From positions 1-57,919 of the IMG/VR virus record IMGVR_UViG_3300046507_000523: a stretch of DNA of 57,919 nucleotides. The stretch is one strand, 5' to 3'. Numbering within the stretch: position 1 is the first letter of the stretch; each line of letters opens with the position of its first letter. The stretch is from a virus. Of this stretch, positions 33,547-41,972 are shown piece by piece. Both the position numbers and the translations under genes were made by a program. The notes beneath the pieces were generated by a model. That model saw only the letters and a list, made by a program, of their open reading frames with translations. It did no database searches and was not told the DNA's origin.

Positions 33547-34473
33547 TCAGGCCTCCTTGCCGGGCTGGGACGCGGCGGCGGGCCACTCGCCGCGTTCCTT
33601 CTGCTCCACTCGGGCCTGCCGCAGGCTGATCAGCCACTCGGCCCGCAGATGCCAGCGGCGCAGCTGCGCGCGGGCTCGCCGGAGCTGGACGTCGATCGAT
33701 TCGACGCTGGCGTGTTCGGTGAACTCGGGGCGCATGCGGTCGATGCGCGCCGGGTCCTCGGCGGGCAGCGTCTCGTCCTGTCGCGTCCCGTCGGCCTTGC
33801 GGCGGGGGCTGGCAGCCTGCTCATCCTCGGCGGTGGGGGCGTCGATGCGGAGCGCACGCAGGACAGCGTTGAGGACGGTGCCCGGGTCCGCGCCGGGATC
33901 GCCAGCAGCGCCTTCGATGGCGTGCCAGGCCCGGTCGTGCTCGTTCGGTGTGAGGACCCGCCGCGCGGCCTGCGTCTCGGGCTGCTGCGCCTCGTCGGCC
34001 CTGTGGCGCAGCCCCATCACGACGTCCCGGACCGCGGTGCAGTACCGCGGGTCGCTGTCGGGATCGAGCGACTGCTGCAGCACGCTCTCGTAGAACGCGG
34101 CGGCCTCGCGTAGCGCGGCGGGTCCCGCGGCGCGGTCGGCGGGCTCGGGCAGCACGGCCAACACCGCGTCGGCGTCTGCCTCAGCGTCGGCACGCCACCG
34201 GTACTCGCAGTCGGCCCAACGGCAGCCGGGGTTCTGCCGCTCCCAGATGGCGGCGGCGATGCGGTCGCGGAGCGCGGTCTGGTCGGCGGGCGCAGACGGC
34301 GCGGCGGCCATGCGGATCGCGGTCCGGCCCTCAACGGCGGTCTCTAGGGCGGCGATCAGCGCGCGCACTCGGTCCGCCTCGGGCGCGGCCAGGAAGGTCA
34401 GGGACTCATGGACGGCGCCCCGGGCTTCGGCGACAAGCCGTTCGGCTGCACGGGCGTTGGTGGTCTCGGTCAT
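33547..34473 (-). CDS. Hypothetical protein, 308 aa
   Basis: Long, coding-like, Ala/Arg/Asp-rich helical protein. Confidence 0.75.
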   Translation of the reverse strand: MTETTNARAAERLVAEARGAVHESLTFLAAPEADRVRALIAALETAVEGRTAIRMAAAPSAPADQTALRDRIAAAIWERQNPGCRWADCEYRWRADAEADADAVLAVLPEPADRAAGPAALREAAAFYESVLQQSLDPDSDPRYCTAVRDVVMGLRHRADEAQQPETQAARRVLTPNEHDRAWHAIEGAAGDPGADPGTVLNAVLRALRIDAPTAEDEQAASPRRKADGTRQDETLPAEDPARIDRMRPEFTEHASVESIDVQLRRARAQLRRWHLRAEWLISLRQARVEQKERGEWPAAASQPGKEA

Positions 34474-34506
34474 GGTGCTCCTTGATCGTGCGAGAGGATG
34501 TCCGGG

Positions 34507-34539
34507 CCGGCCGCCCCTGATTGGTGCAGGGGCGGCCGG
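34507..34539 (-). terminator. Strong hairpin inside the early operon (attenuator or terminator-like)
   Basis: CCGGCCGCCCCTG - 7 nt - CAGGGGCGGCCGG: a perfect 13-bp stem, 9 nt after the PAPS reductase stop. Confidence 0.6.
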
Positions 34540-34547
34540 TCCTGTGG

Positions 34548-35369
34548 TCAGGTGAAGCAGTAGCCGGAGTCACAAGCGCCGTCGGCCTCGTCGAACATCG
34601 GCAGCAGGTCCACGCCGTCCGGGATCGCGTGGCGCAGCGGCTTGTTGAACCGGGTCAGGTAGACGTGGTCCTTGCCCAGCACGTCACGCCGCTCGTTGAG
34701 CAACTCTTCGAGCTGGCACGACTTCTCGAACAGCTCCGGCTCGTCACGCCGCTGGTCGTGCCAGGTCTCCGGACGGTGGAACGGGCAGAACCAGCACGAC
34801 GACTTCGGCGGCACAGGCAGCCCGGCCTCACGGATGACCCGCGCGCAGTCGGTACGCCGCAGCCCCAGATCCAGCAGCGGGTACGTGATGACCTCGTGCG
34901 GCTCGGTGCGCCGGTTGTTCGCCCGCTGGATCTCGTCGACCGAGATGCCGATACCGATCGTCGCGGGGGCCGCTGCGGAGGCGCCGCGCCGCTTCAGTTC
35001 CTTCCCGATCACCTTGATCTTGAAGTCGGCGGTGCACGAACGCTGGCCGGGCGCACCGTTGGACATGCGGACCGGGATCGGCAGCGAGCGGGAACCCTCG
35101 CGGGTGAGGCGGCCGAGCAGTGTTTCGACGCTGCCGTCGCGCTTCACGCGGTCCAGGACGGTCAGCTCTATGTCGTGCTCGGCGGCGAACGGGCGGGCGT
35201 ACTCCTCGATGTACCGGAGCGTGCCGGGGTTCTCGGAGTCGTCGCCCACGTTCGCCATGAGGAACAGGCGGAAGTCGATACGCCCCTGAGCAGCGAGGAC
35301 GAGGAGGGCGGTGGACTGGACGCCACCTCCGTAGCTGATGGATCGGATGCCGGGCGGGCGGTCGGTCAT
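34548..35369 (-). CDS. PAPS reductase-family (PP-loop ATPase, DndC-like) protein
   Basis: 273 aa from an internal ATG. SISYGGGVQSTALLVL PP-loop-like motif. C-terminal SSCWFCPF Cys cluster. Confidence 0.85.
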   Translation of the reverse strand: MTDRPPGIRSISYGGGVQSTALLVLAAQGRIDFRLFLMANVGDDSENPGTLRYIEEYARPFAAEHDIELTVLDRVKRDGSVETLLGRLTREGSRSLPIPVRMSNGAPGQRSCTADFKIKVIGKELKRRGASAAAPATIGIGISVDEIQRANNRRTEPHEVITYPLLDLGLRRTDCARVIREAGLPVPPKSSCWFCPFHRPETWHDQRRDEPELFEKSCQLEELLNERRDVLGKDHVYLTRFNKPLRHAIPDGVDLLPMFDEADGACDSGYCFT

Positions 35370-35387
35370 GGTGCTGCTCCTGACTCT

Positions 35388-35430
35388 TTGTTCAGTACGG
35401 GCGGTGGTGTTACTGACCGGTTGTTCAGTA
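35388..35430. promoter_or_regulatory. Direct repeats TTGTTCAGTA x2 plus a TACTGA/TCAGTA inverted repeat in an intergenic gap
   Basis: Copies at 35388..35397 and 35421..35430. Inverted repeat at 35411..35430. Upstream of the PAPS reductase start. Confidence 0.4.
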
Positions 35431-35488
35431 GTGGATGGGGTCTGGTGGCGGGCCGGTGGGCTGTGTGTGGGGGGTTGCGTGTGCGCGG

Positions 35489-35938
35489 TCAGGCGGTGGG
35501 TTGTGGCTGGTTGGCGAGCTCCAGGAGGACGGCGGCGTGGCAGTGGTCGGGCTGGCCGGGCTGGGGTGGGGGGCACCAGCACATGAGGTCGCGGCCGGCG
35601 AGGTGCTCGCGTGCTGCCTCGGCGAGGTCGGGGCGCCGGTCGAGCCAGCGGCGGTATAGGGCGACGGCTTGTTCCTGGGTGGCGTCTTTCACGAGGTGCC
35701 AGGTGACGGTCTTGTCGGGGTGGACGAAGGCGTGCTGTTCGCCGGACGTTTTGCCGAGGCGCCCTTCGTGCTCCCACTCGGTGCCGTCGAGGGCGGGGTA
35801 GCGGACTTGGGTGCAGGGGTTGCCCCATCGGGTGCCGCGTCCGACGTAGACGGCTCCGGCGGGGGCTCGCCAGCCTTTGGTGCGGCGGCGTTGGATGCGG
35901 CGGGGTTGGGGGTCGAGGGTGGGCTGTCGGGTGGTCAT
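35489..35938 (-). CDS. DUF4326-like protein
   Basis: RRRTKGWRAPAGAVYVGRGTRWGNP...LAGRDLMCWCPP...CHAAVLLELAN. Confidence 0.8.
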   Translation of the reverse strand: MTTRQPTLDPQPRRIQRRRTKGWRAPAGAVYVGRGTRWGNPCTQVRYPALDGTEWEHEGRLGKTSGEQHAFVHPDKTVTWHLVKDATQEQAVALYRRWLDRRPDLAEAAREHLAGRDLMCWCPPPQPGQPDHCHAAVLLELANQPQPTA

Positions 35939-37845
35939 GCGGTGTGCGTCTCTGTGTGGTTGGTGGTGGGGTGTGTCGGCCTGTCGGGGTGGCTGCCGGT
36001 GGCGGGGTCGCAGCCGATGTGGGTGTCGTATCCGCGGTTGGCCCAGTCGGTGTTCATGGGGCGGTCGCAGATGGTGCAGGGGGGTCCGGTGGGGGTGTCG
36101 TTTTCCCTTGTCTCCCCCGCACCTCCCCCCTCCCTAGAGGAGGGGCGGGGGGAGGGAGGTGCTGCTAGGGCGTCCCCCCGACCTCCCCCCGTGTTTGGGG
36201 GGATGTCTGACCTGGGGTTTTGTTCAAACTCCCCCGGCCTCCCCCCAAGATCGTGGGGGAGTTGGTCGTTCAAGATCGCGGGGGAGGTTTGGGGGGAGGT
36301 ATTTAGGGGCGAATCGGACACCCCTGAGACCGATGTGTCCGGCCTGTCATCCCCCGTCCCGATATAGGCGCCCGGGATGTCATCCCCCGTCCCCATTTGC
36401 GCCTCATCGAAAGAGTCCCGGCGCTTCCTCAGCCGGACCGCTTCCTCGATCTTGTCCTTGCGCATCTGAATGCCGTACTCCGCACACCACTTGTGCACCC
36501 GCGGACTGCCCCACGTCAGCGGAACCTTCGCCTTGTCGAGAACCGAGACGAGCCACTCGGGCGAGCCCTTGACCAGCTCGGCGGGCCGCATGTCGAGCGA
36601 CTCCAGGACCACCGACGTGACCGGCCGGCCGTCCGGCTTCGTCTCACCGTCGAGGGTGATCACTTTCAGGCCGAACTGGAGGTCGCCGCCCTCCTCGTCG
36701 TCCTTCTGCTTGCCGGTCTTCAGCGTGACCACGATGTTCCGGGCGTTGTCGCCCTTCTTCGACACGTGGAGCTCCGACTGCAAGGCGCCCTTGGCGGAGG
36801 AGCTGCCGCGGCCGTGCTCGCCGACGTGCCCGGTGTGGTGGATGACGAGGACGCACGCGCCGGTGGCGGCGCGGAGCTGCTCCATGCGGTCGACAACGAG
36901 GCCCAGTTCCTTGGCGGAGTTCTCCTCGACGCCGACGGACACGCGGGCCTGGGTGTCGATGACGACCATCGACGGGGCGAGGCGGCGCATCGCCTCGATG
37001 AGGGTGTCCCACTCGGGGCTCATCGCCTGGACGGGGCGCGGCAGGAACAGGACGTCGGTCATCTTGATGCCGTGGTGCTTCTCCCACGCGCGGACCCGCT
37101 TGCGGATACCGCGGGCGCCTTCGGCGACGAGGTAGACGACCGTGCCCTGCCGCACGTGGTGGCCGTGCCACTGCATGCCGGTGCCGACGTGGCCGGCGAA
37201 GTCGATGACCATGAACGACTTCATGTGGCCGGACGGTCCGACGACGCGGGCGAGGGAGTCGAGGTGAAGCAGGTCCCCGACGAGGGGCTCCAGCGTGGGC
37301 ATGTTGTCGAGGCTGGACGCGTCGAGGAGCTCGGCCAGCAGGGCGTCGGCGGGGTCGCCGGATCTGCCGAGCGCGCGCTCCTTCTGCCGCTGGAGGTAGT
37401 CGTCGATGAACGTGACGGCGGCGCCCGGCTCGGCGTCGGGGGCGGTGGCCTGCTGGACGATGCGCCGTCCCAGGTCGGCCTCAGCGCGGAGGTCGGCCTG
37501 CGCCCGGACGATACGGGCGTGGTACTCGGGATCGAGGGCGTAGTCGGCGATGCTGTTGATGTAGGCCAGGCCGCCGGCGCGCCGGAGTTCCTTGCGCTTC
37601 TCCAGCTCGATGCGGATGGTCAGCGGGCTGATGGGCTCGCCGGTGTCGTGCAGGTGGCCGATGACATCCCAGATGAGTTCGTGCGCAGGGAGGGCGAAGT
37701 CGCTGCGGGCGAGGATGCCGCGGACGGTGGGGATGTCCTTGGGCTTGTGGACGCAGCCGCCGAGGACGTACCGCTCGGCGTCGTACTGCTCGGAGCCGTG
37801 CGGGTCCGCCTGTTCGTCGCGCTGCATGGGGCGGACGTTGCTCAC
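35935..37845 (-). CDS. Replicative helicase-like protein (DnaB N-terminal domain + RecA/AAA_25-type ATPase + low-complexity linker + C-terminal Cys motif)
   Basis: 636 aa. Walker A-like GPSGHMKS. Walker B MVVIDTQ. N-terminus AERYVLGGCVHKPKDIPTV...ELIWDVI is DnaB_N-like. Confidence 0.85.
   Translation of the reverse strand: MSNVRPMQRDEQADPHGSEQYDAERYVLGGCVHKPKDIPTVRGILARSDFALPAHELIWDVIGHLHDTGEPISPLTIRIELEKRKELRRAGGLAYINSIADYALDPEYHARIVRAQADLRAEADLGRRIVQQATAPDAEPGAAVTFIDDYLQRQKERALGRSGDPADALLAELLDASSLDNMPTLEPLVGDLLHLDSLARVVGPSGHMKSFMVIDFAGHVGTGMQWHGHHVRQGTVVYLVAEGARGIRKRVRAWEKHHGIKMTDVLFLPRPVQAMSPEWDTLIEAMRRLAPSMVVIDTQARVSVGVEENSAKELGLVVDRMEQLRAATGACVLVIHHTGHVGEHGRGSSSAKGALQSELHVSKKGDNARNIVVTLKTGKQKDDEEGGDLQFGLKVITLDGETKPDGRPVTSVVLESLDMRPAELVKGSPEWLVSVLDKAKVPLTWGSPRVHKWCAEYGIQMRKDKIEEAVRLRKRRDSFDEAQMGTGDDIPGAYIGTGDDRPDTSVSGVSDSPLNTSPQTSPAILNDQLPHDLGGRPGEFEQNPRSDIPPNTGGGRGDALAAPPSPRPSSREGGGAGETRENDTPTGPPCTICDRPMNTDWANRGYDTHIGCDPATGSHPDRPTHPTTNHTETHTA
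36112..36300. repeat. Iteron-like C/G-tract repeat cluster inside the helicase gene (candidate replication origin)
   Basis: Direct 18-19-mers ending in CCTCCCCCC at 36112..36130, 36172..36190 and 36229..36246. Inverted copies GGGGGAGGT at 36280..36288 and GGGGGGAGGT at 36291..36300. Confidence 0.5.
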
Positions 37846-37858
37846 GTGCGGCTCCTCT

Positions 37859-38164
37859 TCAGAAGAGAGTGGTGGGTTCGGCGGGCGGGCATCTGTGGTC
37901 GGCGACGTGGTCGCCTCGGGGGCAGTCGGGCGGGTGCCAGGGGTCGAGCCACAGGAGCCGCCGGGTGCCGAACCGGTTGGTGCGCAGGCACCAGATGAGC
38001 CGGTTGGGCTCGGCGAGTTCGGCCTGCTGTTGCGGTGTGAGCGGGGTGAGGTCCGCGATGACGTTGAGTGCGGCCCGCTCGCCGACGAGCTGCTTGATGA
38101 CGGGTGCCCGGCACGCGGGGCAGCGCTGTTCGCTGCGGCGGCTGCCCCGCGGCCGGGCGGCCAT
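37859..38164 (-). CDS. Zinc-ribbon protein, 101 aa
   Basis: Internal ATG overlaps the upstream stop by 1 nt. RCPACRAPVIKQL...HVADHRC. Confidence 0.6.
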   Translation of the reverse strand: MAARPRGSRRSEQRCPACRAPVIKQLVGERAALNVIADLTPLTPQQQAELAEPNRLIWCLRTNRFGTRRLLWLDPWHPPDCPRGDHVADHRCPPAEPTTLF

Positions 38165-38484
38165 CAGGCGACGTTGCTGTCGGACTCGAAGAGCGTTCCG
38201 CCGGAGGTGCGCCGGTCGTACATCTCCCGCTGTACGCCGCGGAGTCGGCCGCTGGTGATTTCGTCGGCGGCGACTTCGATGCTGGTGACGCGGACCTTGA
38301 CGGCTGGCGCCTTGTCTTCGTCGGGGCCGGGCTCGGTGCGCTCGACGTGGGAGAGCTCGACGACGGCCATCCACCGGCCGCGGCGCTGCTTGAACATCTC
38401 GGTGGCGTGGGGTTCGAGGGCTTCGGCGACGTCGGTGAGGATCTTGCTGTCGATCTTGACGTCGGCGTCGATGTGAAGGGTCAT
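38164..38484 (-). CDS. Hypothetical protein, 106 aa
   Basis: Internal ATG (MTLHIDADVKIDSKILTDV...) with AAGGAG upstream. Confidence 0.6.
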   Translation of the reverse strand: MTLHIDADVKIDSKILTDVAEALEPHATEMFKQRRGRWMAVVELSHVERTEPGPDEDKAPAVKVRVTSIEVAADEITSGRLRGVQREMYDRRTSGGTLFESDSNVA

Positions 38485-38527
38485 GCGGCGATGGCTCCTT
38501 GCTGGTTGTTGAGTTGGGCGGGTGTGG

Positions 38528-39040
38528 TCAGTCGTGGTCGTAGAACTCGACCTCGATGCCGGTCCGGCGGACGGTGATGTTGGCGTGGTCGCCGAACGCA
38601 TCGAGGAGCACGTGCTCGAAGGAGCCGCCCTCGACGGCCTTCCGGAGGTCGTGGCACCGGTCGTAGCGGCCCTTGTCAGGCCCCTCGTACGGGCCCTTCT
38701 CCCACTTCCAGCCGTTCGTGGCGCCGACGCCGTCCGCCGGGACCTTGATGTGCGGCTCGTCGCCGAGGGTGCGGTGGCCGCCGTCGAGGTCGAGCTCGTA
38801 GTCGTCGTCAACGTCCGTGTCGGCGTCGGTGCGCACCCACGTGCCGTGGACGCTGAAGGTGCAGGGCTCGCCGTCGTTGAAGTACGGGGTGTACTGGCGC
38901 CACCCGAACTCGACGATCGTGGGGTCGTCGAGGACGGCCTGAAGGATCGGCTGGAGTTCCTCGATCGGCTTCTGCTCGACGCGGTCGGAGCCGCGGGTGA
39001 TGTCGCCGTTGATCGGGATGCCGAGGAAGTTGCTGGTCAC
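38528..39040 (-). CDS. Hypothetical acidic protein, 170 aa
   Basis: GTG in a GTGA overlap (VTSNFLGIPINGDITRG...). Confidence 0.65.
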   Translation of the reverse strand: MTSNFLGIPINGDITRGSDRVEQKPIEELQPILQAVLDDPTIVEFGWRQYTPYFNDGEPCTFSVHGTWVRTDADTDVDDDYELDLDGGHRTLGDEPHIKVPADGVGATNGWKWEKGPYEGPDKGRYDRCHDLRKAVEGGSFEHVLLDAFGDHANITVRRTGIEVEFYDHD

Positions 39041-39423
39041 TGGGTGTCTCCGGTGGGCTGGTTGAGGAGCAGGTGGGAGAGGGGGACGGTCTTGCGCTGG
39101 GAGCCGGACATCCACGGGGCGATGGGCATGCCGTCGATGTAGTCCTTGGGGCTGGGGAGCCAGCCGAGGTCTTCGAGGACGTGCTGCTCGGCGATGAGCC
39201 GGACCGGGACCTGCACGGTGGAGCGGGCCTTGGGGACGTCGAGGGTGACGCCGAAGATCCGCTGGCAGAGCCACACGCCGGTGGTGTGGTGGTAGAGGGA
39301 GCGGTGGCGGGAGTCCCCGATGACCTGCTTGGAGCTGTCGATGAACTCGTGGATGGGCAGGTACAGGTCGGGGCTGCCGCCCCACTTGCGGGCGCTGCTC
39401 TGTGCGTGGTGCCAGGAGTTCAC
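39037..39423 (-). CDS. Conserved phage protein, 128 aa
   Basis: NSWHHAQSSARKWGGSPDLYLPIHEFIDSSK...RHRSLYHH. GTG start. Confidence 0.7.
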   Translation of the reverse strand: MNSWHHAQSSARKWGGSPDLYLPIHEFIDSSKQVIGDSRHRSLYHHTTGVWLCQRIFGVTLDVPKARSTVQVPVRLIAEQHVLEDLGWLPSPKDYIDGMPIAPWMSGSQRKTVPLSHLLLNQPTGDTQ

Positions 39424-39674
39424 GCGGCCTTGGCTCCTTGCTGGTTGGTGGTGTGGTGGATGGCCGGGCAGACGGCCCGGTGGTCTCGGGGTTCATTGGC
39501 CACGAAGTCGCGGACCTGCGGCGGGCTGGTGACGGTCGGGGAGGCGTAGCCGCAGCGCACGCACTCGAAGCGGGCGCGGGGCTGGCGGGTGTACTTGATT
39601 TGGCCGGCGCGGTCGCCGTCCTTGATCTCGTAGCCCTCGCCGAGGTCGACGAACAGGGCGTCGCGGACTTCCAT
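39420..39674 (-). CDS. Hypothetical protein, 84 aa
   Basis: Internal ATG (MEVRDALFVDLGEGYEIKDGDRAG...). Confidence 0.6.
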   Translation of the reverse strand: MEVRDALFVDLGEGYEIKDGDRAGQIKYTRQPRARFECVRCGYASPTVTSPPQVRDFVANEPRDHRAVCPAIHHTTNQQGAKAA

Positions 39675-39682
39675 GCGGCCGG

Positions 39683-39976
39683 TCACGGGAGCCGCCCGGA
39701 GTCGCGGAGCTTCACGTACAAGCGGACCCGTTGCCGGGGGGTGAGGCCCCCGTACACGCCCCATCTCGACAGGGACGATCGGCCGCCCTCGTGACGGATG
39801 CAGTCCGTTAGGCAGGCGAGACGTACCGGGCAGCTGTCGCAGATGGCTTTGGCGGCGGCGATGTCGTTCGCGTTGGTGTCGGGGAACATGACGTCGCCGA
39901 GGCCGAGGCATGCGGCGCGGGGGCGCCAGTCGACGGGGCGCTTGGCGGCGGGGACGGATTCGGTGTCGTGGCTCAC
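39683..39976 (-). CDS. whiB: WhiB-family Fe-S transcriptional regulator
   Basis: RAACLGLGDVMFPD...AAKAICDSCPVRLACL...GVYGGLTPRQR. GTGA overlap with the methyltransferase stop. Confidence 0.9.
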   Translation of the reverse strand: MSHDTESVPAAKRPVDWRPRAACLGLGDVMFPDTNANDIAAAKAICDSCPVRLACLTDCIRHEGGRSSLSRWGVYGGLTPRQRVRLYVKLRDSGRLP

Positions 39977-41355
39977 GACGCCACCGCCAGGCGCTCGCGC
40001 CGCGCGGCGAGGAGCCGAAGCGCAGCCGTGGCCTGCTGCCAGACGACGCCGTTGCCGAGGGCCTTCAGCTGCGCGCCCCGGGGCAGCCCCGGCACGCTCG
40101 TGACGTGGCCGGCGGGCAGGCCTTGCATCCACTCCACGAACGGGGGCGCTAGTCGTCCCAGAGCGTCGGTTGGCCTGGGGGCGACGCGTCCGAGGATGTG
40201 TTCCCACCGTCGGATAGCGCCTTCGTACTCGCCCCAGTCGACACCCGGTGTGCCGCCGAGGGCAGCGTCAGGTCCCCGCTGCTGCCCCGCTGGTTCGGGC
40301 CGCCCTTCGTCCCGTCGGTTGCCCTGGGCGTCGGGAGCAGAGTCGGCGCCAACGAGTCCAGCGACGGACGAACCGCTGCACCCGCCGACGGCGACTGATT
40401 GTTGCCGTACGGCGTCGCCGTCGGTGTCGGCAATAGCCGGGCCGCATCCTTCAACGTCATCCCGTAGCCGACGCCGTACGGTGTGCCGTCCGCCCGGAAG
40501 TTCGCCGCGTCCGAGACGGTCGGCGTCGGCAGCAGGTGCGCCACCTCCGCAGCCAGGCACTTGCCGTGCGTCCCCGCCTCCTGCGACGGCGTCCGCTTCG
40601 TCGGAGTCGGCAACAGCGAGATCGTGTGGCGCAGATTCATCCCGCCGTCCGCCGCGTGCCCGATCCCGTTCGCCTCCGACACCGTCGGCGTCGGCAGGAG
40701 TTGCACGATGTTCGGGAGCTGATCCGAGAAGCCCCGCCCGCGGGCGTCCCGCGCCCTGGGCGTTGGCAGGCCAGGCGAGGAGGAAAACCCGCTCACGCTG
40801 GTGGGGGGCACCAACGTCGGACGCTCGGAACACACCCCATTCCGCATCGAACCTGAGGCGGGCCAGGTCTGCGAGTACGGCACCGAGTGCCCGCAGAAGA
40901 GGTTCAGATCCGGCGTCTCCCACACACCACGTGCAGGGTTCCACGTCACCGTCGGCCGGCGCGGAGAGGAGGCCGCGGACATTCTCGATCACCACCAGTT
41001 GGGGTCGGAGTTCTTCGATGGCCCGGGCCACGTGCAGCCACAGGCCGGAGCGGGTGCCTTCGGCGAGGCCCGCGCGGAGGCCGGCCAAGCTGACGTCCTG
41101 GCACGGGAATCCGGCGGTGAGGATGTCGACGGGTTCGACCTGGTGGAAGTCGATGGCGGTGAGGTCGCCGTGGTTGGGGATCTCGGGCCAGTGGTGGGCG
41201 AGGATCTGCGCGGCGTACTGGTTCTTGTCCTCGCGGCCTTCCTTGTCCGGGGGCTCGTACTGGGAGTGCCAGGCGACGGTGCCGCCGAACACGGCCTGGA
41301 CGGCCATGTCGAGTCCGCCGTAGCCGGTACAGAGGGAGCCGATACGGATGCTCAT
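39973..41355 (-). CDS. dcm: DNA (cytosine-5)-methyltransferase; the central target-recognition segment appears to be out of frame
   Basis: Motifs LCTGYGGLD (I), FPCQDVS (IV), ENV (VI), QRERVF (VIII) and GNGVV (X) are in this frame. The LLPTP-repeat segment reads in the +1 frame (track ORF 40149..40982). Confidence 0.8.
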   Translation of the reverse strand: MSIRIGSLCTGYGGLDMAVQAVFGGTVAWHSQYEPPDKEGREDKNQYAAQILAHHWPEIPNHGDLTAIDFHQVEPVDILTAGFPCQDVSLAGLRAGLAEGTRSGLWLHVARAIEELRPQLVVIENVRGLLSAPADGDVEPCTWCVGDAGSEPLLRALGAVLADLARLRFDAEWGVFRASDVGAPHQRERVFLLAWPANAQGAGRPRAGLLGSAPEHRATPADADGVGGERDRARGGRRDESAPHDLAVADSDEADAVAGGGDARQVPGCGGGAPAADADRLGRGELPGGRHTVRRRLRDDVEGCGPAIADTDGDAVRQQSVAVGGCSGSSVAGLVGADSAPDAQGNRRDEGRPEPAGQQRGPDAALGGTPGVDWGEYEGAIRRWEHILGRVAPRPTDALGRLAPPFVEWMQGLPAGHVTSVPGLPRGAQLKALGNGVVWQQATAALRLLAARRERLAVAS

Positions 41356-41972
41356 CGCGCCACCGCCGGGACGTTCTCCGGCCACGCCACAGCAGCCAGC
41401 GCGCGACGATGCGAGTCTGGGACCACGGCCAGCGGATAGCCCAGCCAGTGCAGCCCGACCGCCGCGAGGATCACGCTGTCGGCCTGGTCGTAGCTCCCGC
41501 GGCCCTCGCACGGCACGCCGTACCGCTGGACGACGACATCGCGGACCATGCCCTTCGCGACGGTCTTCCGCTTGTTCGCCGGGTAGTCCTTGGCCGGGTT
41601 GGCGACACCGGTGGCGTAGATGATGCGGTGCTGCGGGTAGCAGACCGCGAGGGGGATGCGGCGGCGCCACAGGTCGTGCTTGACGAGGCCGCGGAGGTAG
41701 GTCATCTCTTCGACGCCGGGCCGGTAGCCGAGCGACATGGCCGGGCCTTCCATGACGACGAGGCTGGTCTCGTCGGGGATGCGCTCGTGGACGCTGCGGC
41801 GGTGGAATTCGAGGCGGGCGTGGCCGTCGAGGTTCTTGGGGATGAGGGCTTCGGCGGTGAGGCCGTTGCTGATGCCGGTGGAGGTGAGGGAGAGGTCGAG
41901 GCCGTAGACGGTGGGCCACGGGCCGGCCGCCGCGGGGGCGGCCGGGGTGGTGGTGTCGAAGAGGGTGGTCAC
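41352..41972 (-). CDS. RuvC-like Holliday junction resolvase
   Basis: 206 aa. YGLDLSLTSTGI and DQADSVILAAVGL motifs. ATGA overlaps. Confidence 0.8.
   Translation of the reverse strand: MTTLFDTTTPAAPAAAGPWPTVYGLDLSLTSTGISNGLTAEALIPKNLDGHARLEFHRRSVHERIPDETSLVVMEGPAMSLGYRPGVEEMTYLRGLVKHDLWRRRIPLAVCYPQHRIIYATGVANPAKDYPANKRKTVAKGMVRDVVVQRYGVPCEGRGSYDQADSVILAAVGLHWLGYPLAVVPDSHRRALAAVAWPENVPAVAR

Noticed and set aside
40149-40982. Track ORF 40149..40982 as an independent 277-aa gene nested in the methyltransferase gene.
   Set aside because: Its first roughly 70 codons overlap methyltransferase motifs VI-VIII, which read well in the other frame. No RBS or plausible start precedes the LLPTP repeats. 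It is better explained as the displaced recognition segment of the same gene (reported as a finding).
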